A DNA stretch of 64,000 nt, taken from positions 1,920,001 to 1,984,000 of the forward strand of contig CAXXQS010000002.1 of assembly GCA_963674735.2 (NCBI GenBank), in the 5' to 3' direction. The notes below the pieces were generated by a model. The model did not search any database. It had not been told where the DNA came from and saw nothing but the letters and a program-made list of their open reading frames with translations. Below, piece after piece: positions 40,243 through 51,155 of the stretch. Position 1 is the stretch's first letter. Every line of letters starts with the position of its first letter. The stretch is from Myxococcota bacterium (GTDB taxonomy: Bacteria; Myxococcota_A; SURF-8). The translations under genes and the position numbers were made by a program.

Positions 40243-41657
40243 TGCCCGCTCTCTTTCCCGGTGATCGGAGCCAATAGCTCCAACACGCGGATCCCGACTT
40301 TTTTAACATCGCCCGCTCCGAGCGTGATAAACAAGTCGTTAGATCGCCGGTTGTCGAAAATCCACTGAGCGCAGTCCTCAAGCTCTGATACGTAATGCAC
40401 TTCCGGATGCCGAGCATGCCGTTTGATCGCTTTGAACATCGCCTCGGCCGTGATGCCGGGAATGGGCGCTTCGCTGGCCGGATAAATGTCGGTCACCAGA
40501 AGCACATCGGTTTCTTCGAAAGCGCTGACAAATTCGCCGAAAAGATCGCGTGTGCGGGTGTAGCGATGCGGCTGGAAGACGGCCACAACCCGATCGGCGT
40601 GACAGAGACGAGCGGCTGAAAGTGTGGCGCGGATCTCCGCCGGATGATGACCGTAGTCGTCCACCACAGTGACTCCGGCCGCCTGACCTTTTACCTGGAA
40701 GCGTCTGTCAATACCCCGGAAGCCTGCCAAGGCATCGGCGATGATGTTGAACGGCAGATCGAGTTCGGTGGCGCAGGCGATGGCCGCCAAGGCATTCAAC
40801 ACGTTATGGTGTCCCGGCAAGGTGACGCAGGCTGTCCCCAATTCGATTCCGCTACGCCAGACCTTGAAACGACTCTGCAAACCGTCGAATCGGATATCGG
40901 TTGCGCGGAAATCCGCATCGGCCGACTCACCATAGGTGACCGCTCGCCGGGTAACGCGCGGCAAAATCGCGCGTACCGTCGGGTGATCGCAGCACATGAC
41001 ATTGAGTCCGTAAAAAGGAACCCGATTGGCGAACGCGACGAACGCATCGATCAACGCTTCTTCGGTTTTATAATAATCGAGATGTTCCGGATCGATATTG
41101 GTGATAACCGTCATGATCGGTGTCAACTTGAGAAACGATCCGTCCGACTCATCTGCTTCGGCCACCATCAAACGTCCGGCCCCGGGGCGCGCGTTGGAGT
41201 CGAACGATTCGAGTCGTCCACCGACTACGCAGGTGGGATCTAATCCGGCTTCGGAACAAATCCAGGCCAATAGACTGGTCGTGGTGGTTTTGCCGTGTGA
41301 ACCGGCGATGGCGACGCCGTCTTTCATGCGCATCAGTTCGGCCAGCATCTCGGCGCGGGGAATAATGGGAATGCCGCGTTCTTGAGCGGCCTGCACTTCC
41401 GGGTTTTCGGTGGGGATGGCGGACGAATATACCAGCACATCCGCATCGCCGAGGTTCTCGGCAGCATGTCCGATAGCGGTCAATGCACCTTTTGCGCGCA
41501 GGCGTCGTAAAACGGCCGAATCGCGCATGTCCGATCCGGAAACGGCGAAACCCTGGGTTAGCAGGACTTCGGCGATTCCCGACATGCCGATGCCGCCCAG
41601 ACCCACAAAATGGACCCGTTTGATTTTGATTTTCAATACGCCGCTTTCATGCACCAT
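40239..41657 (-). CDS. murC: UDP-N-acetylmuramate--L-alanine ligase
   Basis: GLGGIGMS, GSHGKTTTT, EADESD, DDYGHHP, FQPHRY. Confidence 0.96.
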   Translation of the reverse strand: MVHESGVLKIKIKRVHFVGLGGIGMSGIAEVLLTQGFAVSGSDMRDSAVLRRLRAKGALTAIGHAAENLGDADVLVYSSAIPTENPEVQAAQERGIPIIPRAEMLAELMRMKDGVAIAGSHGKTTTTSLLAWICSEAGLDPTCVVGGRLESFDSNARPGAGRLMVAEADESDGSFLKLTPIMTVITNIDPEHLDYYKTEEALIDAFVAFANRVPFYGLNVMCCDHPTVRAILPRVTRRAVTYGESADADFRATDIRFDGLQSRFKVWRSGIELGTACVTLPGHHNVLNALAAIACATELDLPFNIIADALAGFRGIDRRFQVKGQAAGVTVVDDYGHHPAEIRATLSAARLCHADRVVAVFQPHRYTRTRDLFGEFVSAFEETDVLLVTDIYPASEAPIPGITAEAMFKAIKRHARHPEVHYVSELEDCAQWIFDNRRSNDLFITLGAGDVKKVGIRVLELLAPITGKESGQ

Positions 41658-42790
41658 TATTGCCTCACAGGATGCTGTGGAATTTTGTCTGTTGAAGTCG
41701 GCCTGGTTTGTTCGCCGACCATGTCCAGTAGCATGTCCGCCACTTGATAGGCCGCATCGGGATGACCGACCTTCCGGGCGGCTTCGGCTTGTTGCGGTAA
41801 TAGCCGACGTTGTTCCAGGCGCTCACGGATAAACGCCACCAGTGTGTCCGCCGTCAGGTTGGCCTGCGAAATCATCCAGGCTGCACCCGCATAAACCAAT
41901 TCGGATGCATTGTGGGTCTGGTGGTCATCGGCAGCGGTCGGAAGTGGAATAAACAGAGCGGGGCGTCCCACCACCGCGAGCTCTGCACAGGTGGAGGCCC
42001 CGGCACGACAGACCACAAGATCGGCTTTAGCATAAGCCGACACGATGTTATCGATGAACGGCTCGACTTCACACTCAATCGAACTATTTTGGTAGGCGCT
42101 TCCCACCATTTTCCAATCGGGGATGCCGGTTTGATGATGAATGATCAATTGTTCGGCGATGTCGCTTAACTTGGGCAGCGCTTCGATCATGGCGATATTC
42201 AGGGCATGCGCCCCTTGGCTGCCGCCGGTGATCAGCAATCGCAATTTTCCATCGGAGGGTGGTGTGACTGCTTCAGCCGCTTTGCGCACGATCGTCGGTC
42301 GAACCGGGTTGCCGAGCCTTACCAGCTTGTGTTGGGGGAAATGGGTGGCGGCGCGGTTGAAATGGATGACCACGCGACGCACCAGGCGGCCGAGAACACG
42401 GTTGGTCACGCCCGGTAGCGAGTTCTGTTCGATGATAACGGTCGGAATGCGCAACATCCAGGCGGCCAGCACCACCGGACCCGAGGCGTAACCACCCACG
42501 CCCAAAACCAACTGAGGGCGTCGGTGTCTGATGATTCGAAGCGACTGCAAAAGACTCAACGGCAGTTTTGCGAGATTGACGAGCCGTTGCCACAGACCCA
42601 TGCGCTTCAATCCGCCTACCTGTATCAGGTCGAGCGGCAAGCCGAGTCGCGGTAAGACACGCGCTTCAAGACCGCGCTCCGTTCCGACGAAATGGATGGT
42701 ATGATCTCCGTGTTCCCGCAGGACATCCGCCACCGCAACACCGGAGAAGAGATGCCCGCCCGTTCCGCCACCGGCAATCAGGAGACGCAT
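41657..42790 (-). CDS. murG: Lipid I N-acetylglucosaminyltransferase MurG
   Basis: Start MRLLIAGGGTGGH at 42790; GGY, EQN, GNPVR, GGSQGA, RAGAST. Confidence 0.96.
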   Translation of the reverse strand: MRLLIAGGGTGGHLFSGVAVADVLREHGDHTIHFVGTERGLEARVLPRLGLPLDLIQVGGLKRMGLWQRLVNLAKLPLSLLQSLRIIRHRRPQLVLGVGGYASGPVVLAAWMLRIPTVIIEQNSLPGVTNRVLGRLVRRVVIHFNRAATHFPQHKLVRLGNPVRPTIVRKAAEAVTPPSDGKLRLLITGGSQGAHALNIAMIEALPKLSDIAEQLIIHHQTGIPDWKMVGSAYQNSSIECEVEPFIDNIVSAYAKADLVVCRAGASTCAELAVVGRPALFIPLPTAADDHQTHNASELVYAGAAWMISQANLTADTLVAFIRERLEQRRLLPQQAEAARKVGHPDAAYQVADMLLDMVGEQTRPTSTDKIPQHPVRQ

Positions 42791-43953
42791 CAGATGCCTC
42801 CCTTCAGGTTGCTGCCGCGAACCGTATAGCGGCTGATGTTCAACAAAATGCCGATAGCCAGCAGATTCGCGACCAAGGCCGATCCTCCATATGAAATGAA
42901 AGGCAAGGCGATCCCTTTGGGTGGTAGAAGGCCCAACACCACGCCTGCATTCATGGAAAACTGGATGGCGATGAGTGTGGTGAGACCGAAGGCCAGAAAA
43001 CAACCGAAGGTGTCGGGGACGCGCAGAGCAATCAGATAACCGCGTATGATCAGAATGCCGAGTAAAGCGAAAAGACCGATTGTTCCGGCGAAACCGAGTT
43101 CTTGGCCATAGGTAGCTAGAATGAAATCGCTGTGCGCCTGTGGCAGAAAGAACATTTTCATGGTTCCTTCGCCTAAACCCAGGCCCCACAAACCGCCCGA
43201 TCCGAAACTGATGATCGATTCACGGACCTGGTAACAAAGCAGACGGTAGTCCTGCTGCGAGCCGAGAAAGGCCAGTTGATTGAGAAAGGCTTTGAGGCGA
43301 TAGAGACTGTGGGGAAAAATAACCACCATCAAGGCCAAGAGGGGAGTCAGGGCCAGCATGGTACCGATAAGGTAACGCAGAGGAGATCCGCCGACAAACA
43401 GCATGAGTAGCGTAACCGCGAGCAAAAGGAACATGGTCCCGAAATCCGGTGCGACCAGAATCAGGCAGAGGACAATCATCGGTACGATCAAGTGATTAAA
43501 GAACCCGGTCATAAATCCTTCGGCAATCTCGCGCCGTTTTGAAAGAGAGTAGGAAAGGTAAATAATAAGTGTGAGCTTGGCCAGCTCGGACGGTTGCACG
43601 GTTACGGGACCGATCATCAACCAGCGGCGTGCTCCCAGAACCTCCTTGCCGACTCCTGGAATTAGAACCAAAGTGAGCAGGGCCAAGGTGAAAAAGAGCA
43701 GCGGGTAAACCAGGCGGCGGTAGTTTTGATAGTTGAAGCGTGAAGCGACAACCAGCCCCACCAGCCCGATACCGGCGAATAGGAGCTGGCGCAGGAAGAA
43801 GAAAAATTGGTTATCGATATGCTTGCGGGCAAAAAAGGCGGACGAAGACAGCACCATCACTAAACCGAGCCCCAAGAGCATCAGAGCCGTGGCCAGGAGG
43901 ATGTTATCGGCGGGGCGTACCCCGCTCGGATTGGCTGTTGTTCGCGCGTTCAT
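42790..43953 (-). CDS. ftsW: SEDS protein FtsW
   Basis: GARRW, QPSELAK, PDFGT, FLPQAHSDFI, LPFISYGGS. Confidence 0.95.
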   Translation of the reverse strand: MNARTTANPSGVRPADNILLATALMLLGLGLVMVLSSSAFFARKHIDNQFFFFLRQLLFAGIGLVGLVVASRFNYQNYRRLVYPLLFFTLALLTLVLIPGVGKEVLGARRWLMIGPVTVQPSELAKLTLIIYLSYSLSKRREIAEGFMTGFFNHLIVPMIVLCLILVAPDFGTMFLLLAVTLLMLFVGGSPLRYLIGTMLALTPLLALMVVIFPHSLYRLKAFLNQLAFLGSQQDYRLLCYQVRESIISFGSGGLWGLGLGEGTMKMFFLPQAHSDFILATYGQELGFAGTIGLFALLGILIIRGYLIALRVPDTFGCFLAFGLTTLIAIQFSMNAGVVLGLLPPKGIALPFISYGGSALVANLLAIGILLNISRYTVRGSNLKGGI

Positions 43954-43960
43954 TGTCCTC

Positions 43961-45046
43961 TTAGATGTTGAATTTCAGTTTCAGACTACTCAATCCCACC
44001 AATGCTAAAATGATGGAGATGATCCATAATCGGACGACCATCTTTTGTTCGGCCCATCGTAATTCGAGTGAATGATGAAACGGGGCGATCCGAAAAACCC
44101 GTTTTCCCGTCAACTTGAAAGATCCGACCTGGATGATCACCGATAAAGCTTCCAAGACGAAGACGCCGCCCACGATAACCATGAGCAGTTCGTTTTTCGT
44201 TGCGACTGCCACGGCTCCGAGGCTGGCCCCGAGTCCCAAGGAGCCGACATCACCCATAAAGACGCTGGCGGGGTGGGCGTTGTACCACAGGAAGGCCAGG
44301 CAGCATCCGAAGATGGCTCCGCAGAAGACGGTCAGCTCGCCCGCTTCGGCTACATAGGGGACGTTCAAGTATCCCGCGAAAATGACGTTGCCGGAGAGAT
44401 ACGCCAGGATGGCGTAAACGAGCGAGGAGGTCATCACCGGACCGACGGCGAGCCCATCCGCTCCGTCGGTCAGGTTTACCGCATTAGCCGTACCCACCAC
44501 CACCACGGAGGCGAAGGGCAGATAGAACCAAGCCGGGAGGGATGCAATCGGTTTCCAGATAAATGGAATGGCCAGGTCGGTGGTCAGGTTCGTCTGGGTG
44601 AACAAAATAAAGACCATCAGGAAGGTTAAGGCAAACTCGGCCACGATCTTGATGCTGCCTGCCAGGCCTTTCGTGTTTCGCTGCGAAACCTTCATGTAGT
44701 CGTCAACCAGACCGATCAGGCCGAAACCGGCCGCGAAGGCCAACATGGCCCAGGTAAACGGAGTATCCAGTCGCGCCCACAAAAACGTGGACAGTAGAAG
44801 TGACAGCAGAATCAGGCCGCCACCCATGGTGGGTGTCCCTTCTTTGGCCAAGTGGGACTCGAGCCCGTCTTTACGGATTGTCTGGCCATACTGGTGACGC
44901 TTCAAGGTCCGGATGAACCAGGGTGACAGACTGAACGTAATAATCAGCGCCGACAGCGTCGCCATAGCGGTACGGAACGAAATATATTTGAATACCCGGA
45001 AGGGCACGTCGCCGCCGAACCATTCGTAAAAGATATGGTAAAACAT
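43961..45046 (-). CDS. mraY: Phospho-MurNAc-pentapeptide transferase
   Basis: KEGTPTMGG, DD, NAVNLTDGADG, FMGDVGS, APFHH. Confidence 0.97.
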   Translation of the reverse strand: MFYHIFYEWFGGDVPFRVFKYISFRTAMATLSALIITFSLSPWFIRTLKRHQYGQTIRKDGLESHLAKEGTPTMGGGLILLSLLLSTFLWARLDTPFTWAMLAFAAGFGLIGLVDDYMKVSQRNTKGLAGSIKIVAEFALTFLMVFILFTQTNLTTDLAIPFIWKPIASLPAWFYLPFASVVVVGTANAVNLTDGADGLAVGPVMTSSLVYAILAYLSGNVIFAGYLNVPYVAEAGELTVFCGAIFGCCLAFLWYNAHPASVFMGDVGSLGLGASLGAVAVATKNELLMVIVGGVFVLEALSVIIQVGSFKLTGKRVFRIAPFHHSLELRWAEQKMVVRLWIISIILALVGLSSLKLKFNI

Positions 45047-46462
45047 CTAATCGTTCTCCTTGGTCCGCCGCGCAAGAACATCCACGGCCCGCTCCATGTG
45101 CATGCTTCGCGAACCTTTTACCAACACGGCATCCCCGGGTCGAATACCTTCTAGCAGTCGGTTTTCATACTCGTTCCAGTCCTGGGTCGCGGAGACGTGC
45201 TGAATGTCGAGTCCACCCGCGAGCGCGCCATCCGCCATCCGACCGGACAGCGGTCCGAAGGCCAGAAGCAACTTGACTCCGCTTTGCGCCGCCTTTTTGC
45301 CCACTTCGAAGTGGTAATCGGCGCTGGCTTCGCCCAATTCCAACATGTCGCCGAGGCAGGCCACCCGCCGTTTGTCGGGGGCCAGATCGGCCAGCACCGA
45401 AAAGGCGGCGGTCATCGAGGCCGGATTTGCATTATAGGCATCGTCGATCAATAGCAGCTCGGGAATATCCCGTCGCAGTTTAAGGCGTGCGCCCGGAACC
45501 TGAACCTGGGACAAGCCTTCGACCATTGCTTCGGGCGGGAGACTATAGGCCTGAGCGATGGCGATGGCGGCCAAGGCGTTCATCAAATTGTGTTGTCCCG
45601 GAAGAGGCAGGTGGAAATGAATATCCGTATCCACGACGTGCACCGTTGCTTCGCTGCCATTGGAGTCCAAACGACTGGCCACGGGATAAATGTCCGCGTG
45701 GGTATCCTGCAGCGAAAAGCTCAGACGACGTGCGACGGTCTTTTTTCCCAACTCCTTGGTGAATGGATTGTCCAGGTTGACGATCGCCCAGTCGTCGACG
45801 CTCAACTGCTCGAACAATTCCCCTTTGGCTTCGGCAACGGCCGCTTCGCTGCCTAGTGTTTCCAGATGGGCGGCATGGACATTGGTGATAAGGCCGATAT
45901 GGGGTTGGGCGATGGCGGCCAGACGCCGGATTTCACCACGCTCGCTCATGCCCATTTCAATGATGGCCGCACGCTCGTCACGCAGACGGAGTAACGTTAG
46001 GGGCAGACCGATGAGATTGTTGAAATTTCCGTCGGTTTTCAGGGTGGGAATCTGGGTTGCAAAAATGCCGGCGGCCATTTCTTTCGTGGTAGTCTTGCCG
46101 TTCGAACCGGTGATACCCACGACATCCGGGGCCACCGTTGCACGCCAAAAAGCCGCAAGGTCGCCAAGTGCCTTTAGCGTATCATGTACCAGAAAGACGG
46201 TACATTTGGGTGAAGCGGTTAGCCAGGCATTGACCTCGCCGCTGTGCGAGACCACCGCTCCCGCCGCTCCCGCTTCGAGGGCGCGTGCGACGAAAGCATG
46301 TCCATCGAAACTCTCCCCTTTCAGCGCGATAAACAAAGCGTTCGGCTGCAACGTTCGTGTGTCGGTGGAAACCGATGTCGCATGCATATTGGGATTACCG
46401 AAGCAGCGGATCGGCGTGATGGCTTGAACGATTTGGGGATATTGCAACAGGAAGTCGCTCAT
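45047..46462 (-). CDS. murF: UDP-MurNAc-tripeptide--D-Ala-D-Ala ligase
   Basis: DTR, TGSNGKTTTK, NFNNLIG, DAYNANP, KGSR. Confidence 0.96.
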   Translation of the reverse strand: MSDFLLQYPQIVQAITPIRCFGNPNMHATSVSTDTRTLQPNALFIALKGESFDGHAFVARALEAGAAGAVVSHSGEVNAWLTASPKCTVFLVHDTLKALGDLAAFWRATVAPDVVGITGSNGKTTTKEMAAGIFATQIPTLKTDGNFNNLIGLPLTLLRLRDERAAIIEMGMSERGEIRRLAAIAQPHIGLITNVHAAHLETLGSEAAVAEAKGELFEQLSVDDWAIVNLDNPFTKELGKKTVARRLSFSLQDTHADIYPVASRLDSNGSEATVHVVDTDIHFHLPLPGQHNLMNALAAIAIAQAYSLPPEAMVEGLSQVQVPGARLKLRRDIPELLLIDDAYNANPASMTAAFSVLADLAPDKRRVACLGDMLELGEASADYHFEVGKKAAQSGVKLLLAFGPLSGRMADGALAGGLDIQHVSATQDWNEYENRLLEGIRPGDAVLVKGSRSMHMERAVDVLARRTKEND

Positions 46463-47988
46463 GTGTCGCCTTCCTTTCGCTTGTCGGCGATGGCGGCTGC
46501 CGCCTCTTCGCGGTCGTCGAAATGATGTTTGGTGCTTCCCAGGATCTGATAGTCTTCGTGACCTTTGCCTGAAATCAGAATGACATCGCCCGGCTGGGCC
46601 AACCGCACCGCGTGCCGAATCGCCTCGCGCCGGTTTTCGATCACCAGGTAGCTATTTGTGTCGATAGCGCACGTCTCCGCATCGATGGCGCGGCGGCCCG
46701 TCGAATCGATGCCGGAGCGAATCTCATCGATGATGGCGAAGGGATCTTCCGTGCGCGGATTATCGGAGGTGACGATCGGAATATCGGCCAGTTCGGAAGC
46801 AATACGGCCCATAATGGGACGTTTGCCGCGATCGCGATCGCCTCCACAGCCGAAAACCACAAACAGGCGGCCGGTTTTTAGCGGGTTCAGAACACTGATA
46901 GCGTTTTCCAATGCATCCGGTGTGTGGCTGTAATCGACGAAAACAGACAAATTGTCGTCGTTCGCAACGCGCTCCAGTCTGCCGGGAATATTCGGGCAGG
47001 CACCCAAACCCCGTGCGGCTTGTTCGGGATCAAGTCCCAATGCCAACCCGATACCCAGCGCTTGCAACATGTTGGCCGCGTTGTAACGCCCGATGAGCGA
47101 ACTTTCGAGAATGAGACGTTTTCCGAGGGCGTCGACGACGACCCGGGTTCCGCCGAGCGAAACATCCAGTTCGCAGGAGCGGATTTCCGCGTTTGATTCC
47201 GGGGTCAACGAGAAGCGGAATATCGATCCCGAGAATTCTCGGATCATGTCGTTGCCTGCCGGATCATCCGCGTTGATCACGGCGGATGGTGACGCTTTCC
47301 GGCTGTTCTTCAGCAGAGGGACAAACAACCTTCGCTTGGCATTGGCATAGTCTGCCATCGTGGCATGATAATCGAGATGGTCGCGCGTCAAATTGGTGAA
47401 CAATGCGCAGTCGAGTTCCGTGCCGTCGAGACGATGTTGTTCCAGAGCGTGCGATGAGGCTTCCATCAAAACGTCTGTGACGCCGGCTCGATGCATGTCG
47501 GCGAGCAGCTGCTGTAATTCCAACGGACCGGGAGTGGTGGTCGGTGCCGGGATCAGGCGTCCGGCATAGCGATAATTGATGGTACCGATCACACCCACCG
47601 CTCGACCGGCATGCGACAGCATGGCTTCGGCCAGATACGTTGTGGATGTTTTCCCGTTCGTGCCGGTAATGGCGGTGACGGTCATTTTTTGTGAAGGGTG
47701 TCCGTGGAAGGCGGCGGCGAGGGAGCCGGCGATGGTTCGGGTATTGGGGACCACGGCCAGCGCGACCGATTCGGGCACCTGGCTGCCATCTTCGGCGATG
47801 ATAGCCGACACTCCGGCTGAAAGCGCGTTGGAAATGAAACTGTGACCATCGGCGGCCGTACCGCGAATGGCGATAAAGGCGACGCCGGGCCCCGCCTGCC
47901 GCGAGTCGGTGCATAGACGGGTAATGCCTGGGTCTCCCCCGTGCCGTTTCGCGACTTCCACATGCTGAATCAGGTTTGAAAACTTCAT
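46459..47988 (-). CDS. murE: UDP-MurNAc-dipeptide--meso-DAP ligase
   Basis: DSR, TGTNGKT, FTNLTRDHLDYH, DYSHTPD, DNPR (DAP-specific), GKGHE. Confidence 0.96.
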   Translation of the reverse strand: MKFSNLIQHVEVAKRHGGDPGITRLCTDSRQAGPGVAFIAIRGTAADGHSFISNALSAGVSAIIAEDGSQVPESVALAVVPNTRTIAGSLAAAFHGHPSQKMTVTAITGTNGKTSTTYLAEAMLSHAGRAVGVIGTINYRYAGRLIPAPTTTPGPLELQQLLADMHRAGVTDVLMEASSHALEQHRLDGTELDCALFTNLTRDHLDYHATMADYANAKRRLFVPLLKNSRKASPSAVINADDPAGNDMIREFSGSIFRFSLTPESNAEIRSCELDVSLGGTRVVVDALGKRLILESSLIGRYNAANMLQALGIGLALGLDPEQAARGLGACPNIPGRLERVANDDNLSVFVDYSHTPDALENAISVLNPLKTGRLFVVFGCGGDRDRGKRPIMGRIASELADIPIVTSDNPRTEDPFAIIDEIRSGIDSTGRRAIDAETCAIDTNSYLVIENRREAIRHAVRLAQPGDVILISGKGHEDYQILGSTKHHFDDREEAAAAIADKRKEGDT

Positions 47989-49733
47989 GGCTCCTCCAAT
48001 AGGTTCGCCTGCTGTACGCAGACACCCAAAATGGGAGCGATTTCTTTTGCTATGTTATGAAATGCCGGGGCGGCGATGTCGCCGCCGTAATATTCATCGC
48101 CACGGGGTTCATCCACCATCACCAACAGGACGACACGCGGGTCTTGAGCGGGGAACAAACCGAGAAAACTACCGGTCCAGTAGATCCGCTCACCCGCTCT
48201 GGCATTCATGGCCAGCTTTTCCGATGTTCCCGTTTTCCCCGCGACTTGGCAGCCTTCGATCAGAGCCTTGCGCCCCGTTCCTTCGGTGGAAGCGGCCATG
48301 GCCAGCATGTCGATAAGTTGCCGGGACGTGCGTTCCGAGATGACTTGGCGGACGACACTGGGCTCGAACACTTTCTTTTCGACGCCATCCGCCGTCGTCA
48401 CTCGATCAACCACACGCGGGCGCATCAGTTTTCCACCATTGGCGATGGCCGACATGGCGGTGACCAATTGAATGGCGGTCACGTTGAGTCCCTGGCCGAA
48501 GGAAATCGTTGCCAGCTCGATTGGTTCCCAGTCCTCGGGTTTGGCTAGAAGTCCGGCCGATTCCGCCGGGAGGCGGATGCCACTTTTCTCGCCGAAACCG
48601 AAATCGCGCAAAATGGCATAGACCGAGTCTGCTCCCAGATCCGTACCGATTTTGGCGGCACCGATGTTGCTGGATTTGGCGATGACCTCGTTGACGCTCA
48701 GCCACCCATGACGTTTGGTGTCGTGAATGGTGTTGGGTCCGATCGTGAATTCGCCGAAACCGCAGTAAATTTTATCGTCGGGGACCAGCTGGGCCGTTTC
48801 CAGCGCTTGGGCGACAATGAAGGGCTTCAGGGTCGATCCCGGTTCATAGACCCATTCCACAGCTGCATTGTGCAGGCGAGATGGCTTGACCCCATTGAGG
48901 TTGTTCGGGTCGAAAGTCGGATACTGCGCCATGGCAAGAATGCCGCCGCTACGGGGATCCATCGCGATGGCGATCCCGACCCGAGCTTTGCTCGATTTTA
49001 CCGCTTTTTCAATCTCGCGTTCCGCCACGTATTGAATATTTTTATCCAATGTCAGGTAGAGGTGATCTCCGGTCGGAACGTCCAGCGTCAGGTCGAGATG
49101 CTCCCAGGTTACTTTTCCCGATGGGTCGCGCAGGCCTTGCAAGGTTCGTTCGCTGCCACGAAGGTCGTCGTTGAAACGCATTTCCAGGCCCATGCGGCCC
49201 TTCATGTCCATGTTTGTGAAGCCGAGAATTGGAGAGGCCAATTGACCGAAAGCGTATAGGCGTTTGTCTTCTTTCACGAAGGACAGGCCGCTTGGACGCT
49301 TCTCCTCCGGTAGTTCGGCCAATGCTTCGTTCACGCGGGTTTCGTCCGAGGCATCAAGGCGTCGGGCCAACCAAACAAAATAGCGCTTGCTGTCCAGCCG
49401 CGCCAGAACGCTGTCCGGTAGATCGAGGACGCGCTTGAGCAACTGTTTGGCGGTGCTGATTTCTTCGGGGGACATATTGCGCGGTTGCGCCATCAACGAC
49501 GGCACCTGCTGGTTGCTGGCCAGGATGCGCTGCCGTCTGTCGAATATTTTACCGCGTCGCGGCTGAATGACGACCGATCCGGCGGTTTGGCGCTGGGCCA
49601 TGCCTGCGTGACGTTCTCCTTGGAGAACCTGCAAGGAAAACGCCTGGCCACCGATGGCCGTGAGCCCGAGAAACAGCAGGCCGACGACAATCAGGATGCG
49701 GCGATGTACTTTGCGATAGTCACGATCCAACAT
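47985..49733 (-). CDS. ftsI: Class B penicillin-binding protein FtsI/PBP3
   Basis: RGKIFDR, EPGSTLK (SxxK), SSN, KTG. Confidence 0.93.
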   Translation of the reverse strand: MLDRDYRKVHRRILIVVGLLFLGLTAIGGQAFSLQVLQGERHAGMAQRQTAGSVVIQPRRGKIFDRRQRILASNQQVPSLMAQPRNMSPEEISTAKQLLKRVLDLPDSVLARLDSKRYFVWLARRLDASDETRVNEALAELPEEKRPSGLSFVKEDKRLYAFGQLASPILGFTNMDMKGRMGLEMRFNDDLRGSERTLQGLRDPSGKVTWEHLDLTLDVPTGDHLYLTLDKNIQYVAEREIEKAVKSSKARVGIAIAMDPRSGGILAMAQYPTFDPNNLNGVKPSRLHNAAVEWVYEPGSTLKPFIVAQALETAQLVPDDKIYCGFGEFTIGPNTIHDTKRHGWLSVNEVIAKSSNIGAAKIGTDLGADSVYAILRDFGFGEKSGIRLPAESAGLLAKPEDWEPIELATISFGQGLNVTAIQLVTAMSAIANGGKLMRPRVVDRVTTADGVEKKVFEPSVVRQVISERTSRQLIDMLAMAASTEGTGRKALIEGCQVAGKTGTSEKLAMNARAGERIYWTGSFLGLFPAQDPRVVLLVMVDEPRGDEYYGGDIAAPAFHNIAKEIAPILGVCVQQANLLEEP

Positions 49734-49745
49734 GAGCCGAGTCCG

Positions 49746-50216
49746 TTAAGGTAACCGTACCACTTGCGTGTGGGACGGGGGTTGCATTCCGCGCTGCTTG
49801 GCACGCTTGATAATCAGGTCCGGTTGCTTGTAAGCGCCGATGCGTTCAAGCAGCTTTTCCCGGTCTTTCATCAGTTGCAGTTCTTCATGCTTCATTTCCG
49901 TCATTTCGAAACGCGTGGCCCGGGTTTGTACCCGCAGATAGACGAAAGTGCTGGCCGAAAGGATAATCAGCACCAGGGTTATGAAAAAGACCAGGCGTTC
50001 CCAGGTCTTTGCTCCGCCTTCGAGTGTGGTGATCGCGGGCGAAAGGGATTTCCGCTTGGGCGAAGGTGACGCCATGGGCGGAAGGGCTGCCTCATTGGCA
50101 GACCGACGGCTTCGACGCACCGGACGGGACGCGGTTTTCTTGTTTCTGGGTTGCCGATTGCGGCGCGGCAAACTGATGCTGGCTGTGTTGCGTTTGGTCT
50201 GGGTCAGGTGAGTCAT
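49746..50216 (-). CDS. ftsL: Probable FtsL-like cell division protein
   Basis: Basic N-terminus, one TM, coiled coil, A...GM..P tail; between rsmH and ftsI. Confidence 0.65.
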   Translation of the reverse strand: MTHLTQTKRNTASISLPRRNRQPRNKKTASRPVRRSRRSANEAALPPMASPSPKRKSLSPAITTLEGGAKTWERLVFFITLVLIILSASTFVYLRVQTRATRFEMTEMKHEELQLMKDREKLLERIGAYKQPDLIIKRAKQRGMQPPSHTQVVRLP

Positions 50217-51151
50217 GGACGTCTCCTTTCCGCTACACGCAATTTCGCGCTTCGGGCGCGCGGGTTGGCGCTGATTTCATCTTCGCCCGGGATAGTCGGT
50301 TTCCGGGTGATGAGGCTCACTTCCTGGACTTTTCCACAGGTGCAGACGGGAAGTCCCGGAGGACAGACGCAGGCGCGAGCCCAATCGCGGAATGTGTGAC
50401 GCACGTGACGATCTTCCAGGCTGTGATAGGCGATGATTGCCATTCGGCCGCCTGGGTTCAGGGCGTCGAGTGCCTGGGGAAGCAGCCGTTCAAGATTCTC
50501 CATTTCACCGTTTGCGGCGATACGCAGTGCCTGGAAGCTGCGGGTGGCTGGATGGATGCGACGCGAGTGACGCTTTCTCGGGATTGCCGCTGCGACCGTA
50601 TCGGCCAGATCGGCGGTGCTGTTCAGGGTTCCATCGCTCAAGCGGTTTTTAATGGCGCGCGCAATACGACGGGCCATGGGTTCCTCTCCGTAACGGGCCA
50701 GGATCAGTTCGAGTTCACGTTCCGATACCCGTTCGATCAGTTCCCGGGCCGATTCTCCTCGGCTGGTGTCGAAGCGCATATCGATGGGCCCCTCGAAGCG
50801 GAAGCTGAAGCCGCGCGTCGGATCGTCGAGCTGTACGGAACTGAGACCCAAATCCGCCAGCAGACCGTCGATGCGGCTGATTCCCGCGCGGTCGAGAGCT
50901 TGGCGTAGATCGGCGAAGTTGCTTTGTACCAGCTTCAGCCGTTCTCCCACCCCCTCGTAACGTTTGCGGGTTCGTTCGATCATACCGCCATCCAAATCCA
51001 ATCCGATCACGATTCCATCCGGTGCCGAGGCGTCAAGCATGGCTCCGGCATGCCCGCCGCCGTTTACGGTGCAGTCCACATACACACCGCCGGGACGAAC
51101 ATCGAGAAGCTTGATGATCTCAGGTGCCAGAACTGGGAGATGCGCGCCCAT
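50213..51151 (-). CDS. rsmH: 16S rRNA m4C1402 methyltransferase
   Basis: H.PVL, DCT..GGH, DLGLSS.QLD, HPATRSFQALRI, HSLEDR, NPRARSAKLR; start 51151. Confidence 0.96.
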   Translation of the reverse strand: MGAHLPVLAPEIIKLLDVRPGGVYVDCTVNGGGHAGAMLDASAPDGIVIGLDLDGGMIERTRKRYEGVGERLKLVQSNFADLRQALDRAGISRIDGLLADLGLSSVQLDDPTRGFSFRFEGPIDMRFDTSRGESARELIERVSERELELILARYGEEPMARRIARAIKNRLSDGTLNSTADLADTVAAAIPRKRHSRRIHPATRSFQALRIAANGEMENLERLLPQALDALNPGGRMAIIAYHSLEDRHVRHTFRDWARACVCPPGLPVCTCGKVQEVSLITRKPTIPGEDEISANPRARSAKLRVAERRRP

Positions 51152-51155
51152 CCTG

